The translations under genes were made by a program, and so were the position numbers. A DNA stretch of 60,768 bases, the filler included, from Bipalium vagum (lineage: Eukaryota): assembly GCA_037834085.1 (NCBI GenBank). It is 3 parts of 3 records of this genome, joined end to end, with 100 filler letters (N's around TTAATTAATTAA, not from the genome) between each part and the next. Parts side by side here need not be neighbours in the genome. Positions count along the whole stretch, not along the records: positions 19,226 to 41,108 come from JBBMKC010230080.1; 2 more parts are not named here. One strand, written 5' to 3'. Shown here one piece after another: positions 25,151-38,479 of this stretch. The notes under the pieces are model-generated. The model ran no database searches and was not told where the DNA came from. It was given only the letters and a program-made list of their open reading frames with translations. Every line of letters starts with the position of its first letter. The first letter of the stretch is position 1.

Positions 25151-27916
25151 GTCTTAGTTGTTAGTTCAATTGAACTATCTTGATTTTTAGGATTAATTTA
25201 AAATCATTAATTAATTCAAATAATTTTTCATCGTTTGGTTTGTTTTCACCTGGATTACTATATTTCAATGAATTTCATATTTTTAGCTTAAATGAAATTT
25301 ATTTATAGTTAATGTGTTACCTAAAATTGAAAGGGTTGTGGCTGGTTTTAAAGTAAATACGAGTATAAGTAAATCAAAATATAAAGATGGTAAAATTGGT
25401 TGTATACTAAAATTTATTTTCATCTATTAAAATTTAAGTTTTTTTATCATTTTTATCTTTTTCATTTTTTATATTTTTATATTTTTTAATTTATTATGCA
25501 ATGTCTTCGTACTTAGCGCAGTAGTAATAGGTTTATGATATTTTGTTTAACCTATCTGTAACCTTTTTCTACACCCTGTTGATTTAATTGAGAGTTTCAA
25601 ATTCATTTTTCAGCATAATTGTGTTGAGATCCACAGTAAAACTGGTAAAAAAAACAAGTCAGATCAAACACAAAATCAAAAGAAAAAGATTTTAGAGATC
25701 GCTGACGAACCTCAGAAGCCGATGGAGAGTGATAACAACTCTCCGAAACTAGTGATCTACATTAGAAACATTTGATTTTATATTTGATATTTGAATTTGA
25801 ATTTACATTACATTTTATTTTACATTTTATATGCATAAAAAGGTTCGTAAGGCCTACTATCTTTATTTTATATTTATAAAAAAGGAATGTGGTTTTATAT
25901 TTTATATTGTAAAAATAATATTTAAATAATTAATAAAATTATAAATAATAATAATAATCATTTTAAAAATAAAGTAAAAGTTAATTAAAACTGGAGTTAG
26001 ATATTTCAGAAATAATGATCAAAATAAAAATGGTACCAGCAGGTCGAAAATTTATTTTTGATATAGTTCATATAAAAAAAAATTTTTAAATGATAGATTG
26101 AGATTAAAGATTTTTCTATGCAAGTATTTATACGCATGCTTAATTGTGAGTGTTTTCAAAGAGTTTCCCTGTTGTAAATGATTCTGCTGAGCCATTTATT
26201 TTTTAGAAACAGGATGTTTTAAAACCTTTAATGGTTGAAGTTGGTCTCGAATAGCCATTTTTACTCTACTCTCCTGGTGTTTACATTTGTTACTATTATA
26301 CGTAGTAACGTGTGCTCGTGTACTCGTAACTCCTCACTTTTATAAAATGTTGTGTCCGTCCCTCTCAACCTTATCTGAATCAAAATACGCATAATAATAC
26401 TGTATTCCCACCCCAAGAACTGAATCAAAACGTTCACAATAAAACTTTATTGATAAAAACACAATCCCAAAAATGCTGATCACCACGATAAGTCCTAGTA
26501 AGTCCAAAAATAAATAATAATAAAATAAACACACTGCTATTAATGAGATGAGAGAGAAAGAGAAAATCACTAAGAGAAGTTTGGATAGTATCACCGGAAA
26601 TCAAAAATAAACGGTGTCACCTTCTGCGTTGTCATAGTTAATCTATATTGATTAATCAAACAAACTTTTCAAACTTGGACCTCACCTTTTATTAAATTAA
26701 ATCATTTACTTTTATAAAATTAACTAACATTTACTTTTATAAAATTAACTAACATTTACTTAAAATATTTTTTTTAATTTAAAAAACGTAACATTATAAT
26801 TTATAAACTTTAAATTAAAACCATTTAATAATTGTTAATCTAGGCGTGATGTCCTTATTAAAAAAAACAATTCAAACAAACTATTGTTCGAATCACTCCT
26901 TAAAATCATGTCCACGGAAATTTTGATATACCTTCGTCGTCGTCCTTAATTCGTAGTTATCCTGATTAATCATTCTGAATTCGTAGGTCTCCGTAGTTTA
27001 CTCTGCTTTATTAACGTTAGTGGGTAGATTGATGGGAATAGTCGTTTCTTTATATAGGCGTAGAGATTGGGCTACGATCACCAATCCCTACGCTTCGACA
27101 CGGCTATCTCTCTCAATATCCTCCAATTGCTATTTTTGCCTCCACGCTGAAGCAAAAGAATTTAGTAACTCAAACGACCGAGTACTATTCCTATTTTAAA
27201 CCTCGACGCCGAGGTTAATTACTATAATAATAATAACAAAGGCACTAATTATTATTACTTTATTATTATCTTTATTGCTACTACTTTCCCAATTAAAAAT
27301 GGGAGTATATAACCACTGTTATTATTTTTATTATTACACAATAATAAGATTTAAAAAATAATTAATTTAAAATATCTGATACCAAAATGCTTCGATTTTC
27401 ATAATTTAACATAAAATTCTTCTGTTAACGGATTTCTATTACTTATACTTCACGCAATCTCACATAAAAAAATTCAACCTTGAAATTTTATTTTGATGTC
27501 CTTTGTTTATCTAAATTAAAATTTTAATATTAACAACCTTGGATATTTTAAAATTTGAAAAATATATATTAAGAATTATTACAAATTCATAAAAATTTCC
27601 TCAATAAACTAATCTATTGGAAACTACTGTTTCAGATTATTCTACTTTTGAAAGAAAAAAGGTGATCGCCAAAATTAAGGATAATACCATTTATCCTTTA
27701 TTCCACAAGGATAAATTGTAAAATGCCAATGGTTACAAAAGATTTCTAAAGAATCGGAAAGAGGAATTTGCCAAAAAAGTTTATTATCAGAATCGATCTA
27801 AACTAGATAGTTGTGTTTAACTCTTCATTCATTAAATATTCCGATTTCAAAATATAAAGATCCAGTTGATTTAACAACAAAAAATTTGAAGGCTAAATAT
27901 TAAAACTGAAAAAAAT

Positions 27917-28756
27917 CTATAATTTTAAACCACTATTAAACTTTTTGCTGGCAACATCATGAGACAAGGTTTTTCTGAACGTACCCAGCTTGACCAGTAA
28001 TTTATCAATCCATGAAATTTCGATGTTTTTAGTTTGATCCGGTTTGTTGATTTGAGTCAAATAAATCTGATTGATTTTTAAATTTTTTGTGATATGAATT
28101 TGACCTCTGTAATTATACCAAACTCCATCCCGTTCGATGAATTCGTCCAGACGTTTCAAATCTTTAAACGGAACATTTCCTTGATAACATCTTATACCGA
28201 AAGTCATGTCCAGGTATGATTCCCTTTCACAGCGTTCCATGCTGGTGATAATCAACCGTCTAATCGGATATTTGATGTTGAAATACATCCTAAACCCAGT
28301 GAACCACAATAGATATCGTAAATATCCTTTGGTAGTGATTACATCATTAATACTTCTTTCAAATTTGAATAATAAATTTTTACTATAAAGCGTTGGGTTG
28401 TTATATTTAATTAAAAATTGAGGCTCAAAATAATGAGGCAAGGCCATTTCGATATATTCTTGAAATTTTATTAGGTGATCAATACTATCATTATTGTCAT
28501 TTGACTGCTGTTTTGGTTTCATATTAACCAATGGCTTGTTTGAGTAAAGCCCATTAATTTCGTGTTTTTTACATTTTTGAAGAGATACTTTTGGGTAATC
28601 AATTTCATTTTTTGACAAAAAGTGGATTACTGATAGTGAATGACTTTTATCTGCTTCACAAGAAATTCCTTGATAACTACTGCTTGAGTTGGTAAATACT
28701 CTTAAATATGAAAGCGTTGTCTTATTCCTTAAAAATAGCATTGACACTATCTTCAT
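27917..28756 (-). CDS. C6orf136-like / DUF2358 (NTF2/SnoaL-like fold) protein, probably mitochondrial
   Basis: Intact ~279-aa single-exon ORF with ATG at 28756 and an R/S/L-rich, acid-free N-terminus. The core EMALPHYF..LYSKNLLF..TKGYLRYLLWFTGFR..RLIITSMER..WYNYRGQIHITKNLKI follows the C6orf136 pattern (ELPxLF..LYSxDVEF..TKGRxxY..LEVL..YDAYSTFYL) as recalled. Confidence 0.6.
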   Translation of the reverse strand: MKIVSMLFLRNKTTLSYLRVFTNSSSSYQGISCEADKSHSLSVIHFLSKNEIDYPKVSLQKCKKHEINGLYSNKPLVNMKPKQQSNDNNDSIDHLIKFQEYIEMALPHYFEPQFLIKYNNPTLYSKNLLFKFERSINDVITTKGYLRYLLWFTGFRMYFNIKYPIRRLIITSMERCERESYLDMTFGIRCYQGNVPFKDLKRLDEFIERDGVWYNYRGQIHITKNLKINQIYLTQINKPDQTKNIEISWIDKLLVKLGTFRKTLSHDVASKKFNSGLKL

Positions 28757-29859
28757 CAATACCTAAAATATTAGTTAATTATTATAAAGGTTTGAATTAT
28801 TTATTTCAACCAGTATTTAAACAATATATATATTATTAAATAAATGGTTATTTTATTAATAAATATCGAATAAATTGCAAATGTTTTAAAATATAATAAT
28901 ATTATTAATTTTAGTGAGAAATTTTTTATTACTATTGCGAAATTACCTTTAATATAATATTAAACTGTACTTTAAAAAAATGATTTTATACTATAAATAA
29001 TTTATAAAATTATACAAATTAAAAGTGTTTTTGATTAAAAACCTTAATATTGAATTTAAGATTTCCTTAATTTTTAAAATAAATGTCTTTAATTTATTTC
29101 TTAAACTATATTATCCAATTTGTTTGGATCCTATGCATATTCAATAAATAGTTATTTATTATATTTTATTGAGATTTACAGTATATTAACAACCGTTTAT
29201 TTTTATATTTTTTTATTAGTAGAAATATAAATAATTGTATTTGTGAAGATCATAACAGTGAAACTCAACGATGGACAACAAGAGATAAAGAATCATTTAT
29301 AAAAGATATTTATTCAAACTTTGATTTTATTTTTGATTTTATTTAGTATGATTTATATGATTTTAATTTTAATTTGTATCATGTATTTTAATATTTATAT
29401 ATTTTAGGTAAAGACTGATTTGTTTTAGCTGGTAATTAAATAATTCTGTCTTGTTTTCTGTAAGTCCTTACATAAATAAATTAAATAAAATTTACTCCAT
29501 ACCATTGTTGAGGTTCAACTCCTATCTTATAATTTCTGTAAATAAAATTTTGGCGAAAAATTAAATTTAAATAATAGGCTGGCTAATTAAAAATTTCGTA
29601 TTTTAATTGTTAATTTATTAATTTAAAATTAATTAAATAAACTTTAAATGTTATAATTTACCACAATCATTATAATAACCGTTGTTTATATTATTTGTCT
29701 TATTTTATTATAATTAATTTTAATAAATCGATTGTTTATGGTATGGAATAAGTATATACTTAAGGATTCACATAAAAAATAAACGGATAAAAGGAAATAA
29801 ATAAAAATAATGGATACACTGATTTCAATAATGTCATAAAATAATAATGATTAGAATGG

Positions 29860-30720
29860 CAATAATAATATATTTACTAAGGGCTTAATGAGGTCAAAAG
29901 TGGTCGTAAGTCGAAAAATGCACAAATATCAGAAAGATCACTTATTCGGATGTCAGAGCAAAATCTCCATAACACAACAGGTGATCTTTTATCTATTGAA
30001 AATCAAGCCAAACTTCCTCAGTTAGTACTGTGAAGCACATTCTGAGAAAATATGGCTTGTTCGAGGAATTGCAGCGAAGAAACCATGTTTAAATGACCCA
30101 CAAATCAAGAATCGCTTAAAGTCGTGCTGAGATTTTAATGAACCGCTTCCTTCTTTATGAAATGAGGTCATTTTTACTGATGAAAGCGGAATATAACTGT
30201 TCTCTTGAAGAAGGGAATACGTCTGCTAACCATATGGATCCAGGTAGAATCTAAAATATACCACGAGAAACTGTAAAATTTTGAGGAAATAGTTTGATGA
30301 TTTGTGACGAAATCAAAGAAGATGGGACCAGAGTTCTCATAAGGTGTCCGGATTGGATGAATTCTGGTGCCTACCAGGATGTATTGAAAAAAGGGTTGCT
30401 ACCAATATATGAGGAACAGAATATATTTCAACAAGACGGAGCTTCATGCCATAAGTCAAGATTGGTGACTTCATTTTTGGATAAGTCCAAGTTATGTGTA
30501 CTGAGTGATTGGCCTTCTCAATCACCAGATCTGAATATAATTGAGCCGCTGTGGGCTGATCTGAAAGCCAGGGTTGCTATTGAGGCACTGTGGGAGAATT
30601 CGGAAGAGTAGTGGACGATGATTCTATCATCTAAGATTAAAAGTCTTTATGAAAGCATACAAAGAACGATCCAAGAGGTACCTAAAATAAAGAATAATAA
30701 ATGTAATTAAAATTAAAATA
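29860..30720 (+). mobile_element. Tc1 (DD34E) transposon remnant
   Basis: VIFTDES, IFQQDGASCHKSR and WPSQSPDLNIIEPLWADLK motifs; upstream part frameshifted. Confidence 0.9.
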
Positions 30721-31039
30721 TGACTACAAGGTATTAATTTCGAGTATCTTAATTGCTCATGAGGTTGACCGTTTCTTAAAATGTGTTTGAAATGTAAATA
30801 AAATATATTTTGCTGATGTTTTAGTGTTGTATTGAAAATAATTTAAAATTTGATTTTTTTAAAAACAATAAATAATGCTTTGGAAATTTTTTATTGGAAA
30901 CATGTACTTCAACATATTCTCTCATGTATTAAGGTGATTCATAAGTAATATTTCGATTATTATTTAAAATAATGAAAACTAAATTATATTATGTTTCAAA
31001 GTAAAGGCCATTTGAATCAATAGTTTTAATCCATCTGTC

Positions 31040-31400
31040 TCCTAGTTGTTGGATCCCTTATTGGTACAACTTCTTGTCCTTGGACCTGAAAAAATATTGG
31101 CACGCCGTTTCGATCTCATCCAAATTTTTGAATTTACGCCCTTGGAGAAAAATGTGCTATTGACCGAAAAACATGGAAATCCGATATGATCAGGACTGCA
31201 TGCTGGATGTGGTAACAGTTCAATAAATTGACATTCTCTGATTTTTTCGATTGTTTTCTCGGCAGTGTGCGGTTTTTCATTAACTTGGTGTAAGACGAAC
31301 CGCTTTTGAATTATTAATACCGGATAGTTTAGCTTTAATTTTTTTAAACATTTGATCCAATTGAGAACAATATAGGTCTGCGTCTAGTGATTTTTTTTAG
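31040..31400 (-). mobile_element. mariner C-terminal remnant
   Basis: Minus strand LLPHPACSPDHIGFPCF (PHPAYSPDLAPSDF-like). Confidence 0.65.
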
Positions 31401-31539
31401 AATTTATGACTGTCTGCTTAAAATTTTTGTTGATATGCCACAAATACTTTATTTTCTCGATAATTTCACATTTTGTAGTGACTTTTTCTAGATCGAGCTG
31501 ATTTTTCAAAGCCTACCAAACATTTTCTATATTTTTGAA

Positions 31540-32250
31540 TTACCTTAGCTCTTAATAATCACTTTCAGAAACCACAAGATTGCAAATTAAAGTGTTGTTG
31601 GAAGAAACAACCATGAATCAACATGAGATAGCGAAGAAATTTAATTTATCACAGTCTGCTATCAAAAATGTGAAGAAAGATGGACAGAAACTAAAGTCTC
31701 AGTATCAAGGACCAGCTCGAAAAAAAACTGCTAGAGACGACAGAACAATAATAGGCAATACTTTGCGACCTCGAAGGAAACCCATCAAAGAAATACACTC
31801 TGAAATTTTAACTTCAGGTGTAAGTGTTTCGGCAAACATTATTTCTCATCGCTAAACAACAGAGCCTTAGTTAACACATGCTATGGTAAAGAGGAGACTA
31901 ACTTGGGATCTGAAATACAAACACTACGGAGACATACTTTGGTCAAAAAATAAATTTCTACAAAATGATTTTCATTAAATCGGCTTAATTTTTTACGTCA
32001 GGTTTGCTTCTCAGATACTTACCTGAATGTGTAAGCCAAAGGGTTAAGAATCCGACCCAAGTAATGATATGGTCCATTATATCTGCAAAAGGGGTTGGAA
32101 AACTTTATTTTGTGGATAGCAATATGAATTCGAAACAGTAACTGCATGTTCTCCAGAATGAATCACAGCCTCAATTGCGAATTTGGTTTCCTGGTCGTGA
32201 ACAATTTCAGTTCATGCATTATGGAGCATCTTGCCACAGAGTGTTCACCA
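31540..32250 (+). mobile_element. Tc1 transposon remnant
   Basis: HTH (EIAKKFNLSQSAIKNV..RKKTARDDR), VMIWSIISAKGVGKLYFV and FMHYGASCH motifs. Confidence 0.8.
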
Positions 32251-32899
32251 ATCATCGACGTGTATACAGGTGTCCATTTCTATTTGTGTTCTTATTTATA
32301 TAATCTTCTTTAATTCTTACCAAACACCTTGTAACTGAAAAAAAATCATCGAAACGCGTATATTTTAACTACTATTCACTATTCAACTTAATTGCGGAAC
32401 CGATTACTATTAACTTAAAACTACATTTCCATAAACTTTAATACACTAATAAGTTATTAGTAATAACTATTAATATATTAAAACACTTTATTATTACTTA
32501 AAAATTTCTAAAAACTTAGTAGAAATATTTTGAAATTAAAAAATAATACTAATAATATTAATTTTTCATTTGATTTTATAACTTTTATTATCTAAGAACA
32601 CACTTTTTCTTTTTACTATCGTATATCACCTAATTTTCAAATATTTTTAATTATTCTTAGTCTTAATTAATTACACAAACTATTTACATTTCAACTAAAG
32701 TATTTACTTAACTTTAAAAGTTTTTATTCAAGAAAGTTTCCCCACATGGATTTTGATCACATCGTAATCGTCGCCTACAGTACCTTCCATTGGTACCACC
32801 CATCACCATTATAATAGTATAAATTATTCATACATGAAGGTAATTTCTTTTATCTTCTAATAACCTACTCAGATTTTTATATAAATAACCGAACTGTAT

Positions 32900-33560
32900 T
32901 GATACACAATATCAACATGTTATATTATCCATGAAAGATTATAGTTATTCAACATAGGTTCCATGGGATTCGATACAACATATGGAATGTTAGCTAGTGC
33001 ATCGATAGATTTTTCAAAGACATTTAATGAAATTTTCTTGACCATTCGTGTCACGGCTGCTTGAATAGTTTGAACATCATAAAATACACCTTTCAATGCC
33101 AATTTCAGTTTTGAGAATAGAAAATAGTCGCATGGTGATCGATCAGGTGAATATAGTAGATGTCCGATAACAATTTTTCTCGTCAAAAATAGACAAACTT
33201 GTATGGTCTTGTAGGGTGGCAATAAAACAATTGCTTTTCTTCTTGATATTGCGGTTTAACTAGAACAATTCATTAATCACAAACGATTTAAGACATTTAA
33301 ATAATATTCCCTATTAATAGTTTGACCTTTTGAATCATAATAAGTAATAAGTATTGTATTCATTTTTGATTTTTGAAAACGCAATTTTTTTGGTTTTGGC
33401 TTTTTCTACTAATTTTTCATTCACTTCTTTGACATTTAGTTTGTGGATCATATTTGAAACAGCACGTCTCATCACCAGTAATAATTGAATCATTATAATT
33501 ATATCAAACCGTTTCTCAAATGCATTTCAATATATGATAATAAGTAGGTTGTACACATCA
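32900..33560 (-). mobile_element. mariner catalytic-domain remnant
   Basis: IITGDETCCFKYDPQT and HLLYSPDRSPCDYFLFSKLKLALKG motifs. Confidence 0.85.
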
Positions 33561-34701
33561 ACATTAAACGATCATAACCTAAGCAATAACAACAGAGAAG
33601 TACGTCCGATAAAATAACGGAAGAAATTTGAAAGTTAATGATTAACAAAAGAATTGATAAAAAGAATGTTTTTTCACCACAATACAAGACATGTCTCGAA
33701 ATGACTGCAAAAGTTGCACGAATAAAGCGGTAGAATGATCGGTCACATTGGTAATTTTATCTACAGACTTAATTACATTTTTTCAAGAATAGAACTACTT
33801 GATTTCTACAAGAAAAGCACAGAAACTCGAACTATTTTAAAAGTGCCTTCAATGACATTGGATCCTCTAGAACTACAGAATTTTATGCATTGAGAATAAA
33901 TAACATTTTTATCCTTAGAAAAATGTGTCAAATCGATTTTTTAATTTCATTAAAATATTTTTATGGATGCCTTATCAGTTTAAAATTTAATAAAATAAAA
34001 ATTTTTTTGCACCAACCTTTATTAAGCAGGAATAAAATAAAATTTCTGAATGATTTTTATTTTTTTTGCAACTTTTATAAATTATTCTTTCATTAACAAT
34101 ATTGATGAAAATAGGAAAAAAGTTATTCAATTTTTGTTAATCATTGAGAATTTTTTAAATTTATTTTAATTTAATTTTTATAATTGTGTTATTTATTTAT
34201 TATTATATTAACATCTAAAACATATATGATTTTGTTTTAAGATCAAAGCAAATTGAAGTGAAATATTCTCAGTGCTAATATACACTTCAAATGATTTCAT
34301 CAGTTTTCTATCAGCAAAGATATTTCAAAGTAATAAAGAAATAAAAGGGGGAAAAATTGGAAAGTCCAAATTCACAGGAAATGGTCTATGTTCATCAAGC
34401 TTTCAAAATACTTTGTAATTTGCAATTTGATATGTGAGGAATAAGTTCCAAAAAGTTCTTTGTAAACACCTATCATTCATATATATATATATTTAATAAT
34501 TGAGAATCGCAAATTATTAATTATATTTTCTTTAAAGGACGAAAAATATATTAGAGCCTTTTTAATAATAAAATTTCGTTGAAATATTACAAATTTTATT
34601 TCATAATTTTTAAAATATAATTCTCAAAATTTTATATATTTGTTAGAACATCAAAATTAAGGAATTATTAATTTAAACTCCATTGATAAGTTAAAAATAT
34701 T

Positions 34702-34769
34702 TGATTGGCTATGAAATATGTGAGGAGAAAACTTTTTAACCAATGAGAACGTTTGATTATTTATATAAA
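34702..34769 (+). promoter_or_regulatory. Putative core promoter of the prohormone gene (CCAAT boxes plus TATA)
   Basis: ATTGG near 34704, CCAAT near 34740 and TATATAAA at 34762-34769, about 30 nt before the ATG. The AT-rich background lowers specificity. Confidence 0.4.
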
Positions 34770-34798
34770 TTTCCACAAAAAGATTTTCGAATTGAAAA

Positions 34799-35014
34799 AT
34801 GAGTGCTTTAGCCATTTTATTGTTCAGCTTTACATTGACATGCTTTTTACAAGGAACAATGACGGAAAAGTATTTACCAAATTTGATACAGTATGAACCG
34901 GAAGAAGTGAAACGTCATTACAATCTGATCAATCCCAGATTAGGAAAAAGGTATTTGATAAATCCTCGACTTGGTAAAAGATTTCAATTCGATTCCAGCG
35001 AAAATGTAGAGTGA
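34799..35014 (+). CDS. spp-3: Neuropeptide prohormone encoding HYNLINPRL-amide and YLINPRL-amide
   Basis: Hydrophobic signal peptide (MSALAILLFSFTLTCFLQG) followed by KR-HYNLINPRL-GKR-YLINPRL-GKR-FQFDSSENVE: dibasic cleavage sites with Gly amide donors. AATAAA at 35071. The gene symbol is from recollection of planarian secreted peptide prohormone-3 (LINPRLamides) and should be confirmed. Confidence 0.9.
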   Translation: MSALAILLFSFTLTCFLQGTMTEKYLPNLIQYEPEEVKRHYNLINPRLGKRYLINPRLGKRFQFDSSENVE

Positions 35015-35248
35015 TAAGCAACTTAATATAATTATACATATTTTTGTCAAGAATCAGTTATTTAATGATGAATAAAGCTTAAATTTGAACCGTTGTTTCT
35101 TTTCGTAAATTGATTTTCTGTTTTAATTTCTTCAAGTAATTATTAAAACAAATTCCTCAAACCCAAATATCATAGATACAGTTGCTAGAATTTCATCCTC
35201 GAAACTTTATTTATATTTTAAAGTTGTCTTCAAAATGTGTTTTACTTT

Positions 35249-35285
<37 letters not shown>

Positions 35286-36929
35286 TATTTATTAAAAATA
35301 AATAAAATTATATATTTCTAAGTTGTGAAATCATTTGAAATGATTATGAACAACATTTATTGTCATACATTCTTTTATTTACAGGGAAGTATCTTTTGCA
35401 GCTACCGCAGTTTTTGATGATCATTGGAGTATGATATTATAAATAAATAATAAAAAATAATCATTGTTTTGATTATAATGTAAGGTTCTTAATTTTTCAT
35501 GAAGTTAATGAGATTAGAATTCGTACAGTTAAAGTGTTTCATTCCTTTTATCAGTAGTTTTCACTGTCGTTTTTTTACAAGCTTTAAAATGTTGTGAAAG
35601 ACCATTTGTTATTTTATTGATCAGCCGTCATATTATATATATTATATATGATAATAGGTTACCTCATAAAAGTTATTGTTTGAAACTTTGAAATAACCTT
35701 TTATTTTTATTATTTAACAATTTGTCGAAACAGATATTTGATTTATTTAGTTGAAATATATTCCTTTTTATAAAATATTTCAGACAAGAGTCTGTCAATT
35801 AAAACAAATATGCAAAGAGTTTCGTCTGTTAAATGAGTTAGAAAAAAGTTTGAATGGAATTTCATGGAGCTTGATGAATTAAATGATGAATTTTTTACGC
35901 GGAAAATGTAATTTTAAAATTTCCAAGTGTTTTTTATTATTACTATTGTAAAAAATATTCATTTAATAAAATTAAATAAATTTTTTATACAAAGAAAATA
36001 TTTTATTATAAATATAAAATAATAAATAATATTCAGTGGAAAATTATAAAAGTAATGAAATAATTATTTGAAAAAAATAATCACTCAGTTTTCTGAATTT
36101 TACGTGATGATATTAAAAATTCAAAATTCGATAAAAATGTTCAAATTATTTTTAAAAATTTTTTATTTTTTCTAAAAATTGTATAAACATAAATAATTTT
36201 TTATATAATGAAAAAAATTAAAAATTAATATCATCAAATTAACCAATAAATAAAAAGATTTTAAAACATTTCTCTTCAGTATTTTAAGAAAAATATATTT
36301 TCTTGTTTTATCCCACTTTTATGCCAAAGAAATTTATTTTATTAAAAGTAGGTGGTTTTAGAATTTTTTTATTTTTATTAAATATATCTTTATATATCTG
36401 AATATTCTTAACATAAAAATTTGGTAGAAATAACCAAAGTTCTCTTAAAATCTTTTCTGATAGAAAATTAACTGGTATGAATACATTAGAGGTTTACAGA
36501 AGTAGTCTAAGAGGTGTCAAATTCTTTGAGCTTCTCTGTTTGTGTTTATTGGGGCTCTGTAATAGATAAAATGATTTTGTGTTATAAGTGAATATAAGGT
36601 AAACCTCCTATCATCTATGCATCCTACAATGAACAAAGTATTATATAAAATCATTTGTATTTCTAAGACATCCAAAGAAGCGGTATTTTAGGTGATATTT
36701 CATGGAAAACCAAATTTTCCTTGTAGTGTGAGGAACAAGTTACAAATAATGAAGACTTTCACTAAGAAATCTTCACTTACTAAAAATTATTTATCATTTA
36801 TAACGGACATAATAATAATAAAATTCGACATTAAATTACCATAAACCATTTGAATAAATTAAAATGAACGGAGTTCTTTGGAGTATGAATTATAAAAAAT
36901 GAATTATGTTGAAAAATAATTATAAATAA

Positions 36930-37260
36930 AATATATAACTTTCATGGGAAAATTATCGTTCGATGATTTACAATGATTTCAAATGTGGTCGTACACTGAA
37001 ACAATATCTAGATCAACTTCATTTAGCCTTTTAGAATGACACACCATCAGAGAGCTGAATTTAAAAATTGTTTTCACAATTCCAACATGGACGTTCAAGT
37101 ATTGACTAATTTCGTGAAACTCATCCGACAACAAACATTTCAACCACTAATATTGATGATGTGCATGATTGAAAGCGATCGATATTTCACATATCGAGAA
37201 ATGAGGCATCCAATGACATTAACATGATAACAACTGAAATATTTAAAATGACAACACTTA
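36930..37260 (+). mobile_element. mariner N-terminal remnant
   Basis: MIYNDFKCGRTLKQYLDQLHLAF and MIESDRYFTYREM resemble mariner HTH regions. Confidence 0.6.
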
Positions 37261-38479
37261 GAGTGAATAGTAAGTAATAATTTTTGAACATGAAACTCGT
37301 ATAAGGTTTTTCTTCAAAGAATAAATTATAAATGACACATCATTTCTACAATTTACATCTGACAAAAGATACAAATAGATAAATAAATAAATAATAATAA
37401 CTGATATCAAAAACGATAATGAATCTTAAAAATAAACAAATTAAATTAGAAATAAATCTGGAATGAAATGTCATTAGTTTTCTATCTTATGCCCGTAATA
37501 AATTAATAATCCGCTTGAAATGATTAAAATTATTATTATCATCATTATTATTAATTATTAAGTTATTAAAATAATCAATTTAAAAGAATTTTTAATTCGA
37601 TTTATTCGTTGAAAATGTGAATAAGTAAATTCGGTAACAGGAGAAAAAAATGAAGAATAAAGAATTTCAAGAATAAAAATTATCAGATAAAAATAAGAAA
37701 AATTTAATTAATAGTGACTCATTATTTATTATTAATCAGAATAAAAATTATTTCATCTCCTTTCAATACATTTTTCATTGAAATTTTTAAAATATCCGGA
37801 ACAACATCACCATATGTGTGAATGCTTTTATTTTGAATGGTTTAGAAAAAAAAATTATAAAATATAATAAATAAAAAGGTAATGAATAAATACTATCCTT
37901 TACTTCAAATTAGTATTATTTTAATGTCAAAAAAGGCATAGAAACGGATATCTTACCCCTTCAGCAAACTTGGATGTGTCAGATTTATAATTACAGTATT
38001 AATAAAATAAAATTATAATATTTACTTTAATTTAAAAGTTTTTCAATATTCTCAATTCCAGTTGTATTTAGGCTAAACTCTCTTTGGGATTTTAATCCTT
38101 ATCTACCATGTTACCATGTGATCAAATGACATTCAGCATGTTGTTTGTAGGAAATCTTGAATTTTGGAATGTTTCTATTATGTTTCTAATAGTAATTATT
38201 TTATATAATATTTTACTTAACATCTTCATTTTATTTTATTTTATTATTTTTGAATACTGAAAGATTTAAGAACTAATTTTTAAAGTTTTATTACTATGTA
38301 TCCTAAAGAGTATCTTCAATAATAAAGGTATTTGTAAAAAAATGTGTGACTAAAATAAGATTTTATAATGTTATAAAGAATATCCTATTTTTTGTAAAAA
38401 AATAGCTTTAAAACTAATCAGTTTTATTCTATATAAAGAGTGAGTCGAAGGAACTAACGATTAATCAAGTATTTCTGAT

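Noticed and set aside
25695-25770. Hammerhead-like CTGACGA...GGAGAGT/ACTCTCC-GAAAC
   Set aside because: Stem II does not abut the CUGANGA core and the would-be cleavage triplet is GUG; likely chance or retroelement sequence.
25150-27240. Possible LTR/PBS/gag fragments
   Set aside because: The composition is suggestive, but I could not identify paired LTRs, TSDs or protein motifs to support a call.
32335-32362. CTGAAAA...CGAAACGCGTA, similar to a Penelope hammerhead
   Set aside because: The core and stem II are too degenerate to support from one copy.
35384-38190. Scattered exon-like bits (35385-35428, 35784-35907, 37960-38190) as the missing 5' exons of the ATPase-like gene
   Set aside because: No frame resembles P-type ATPase A-domain, M1-M4 or DKTGT sequence, and they lie across an assembly linker.
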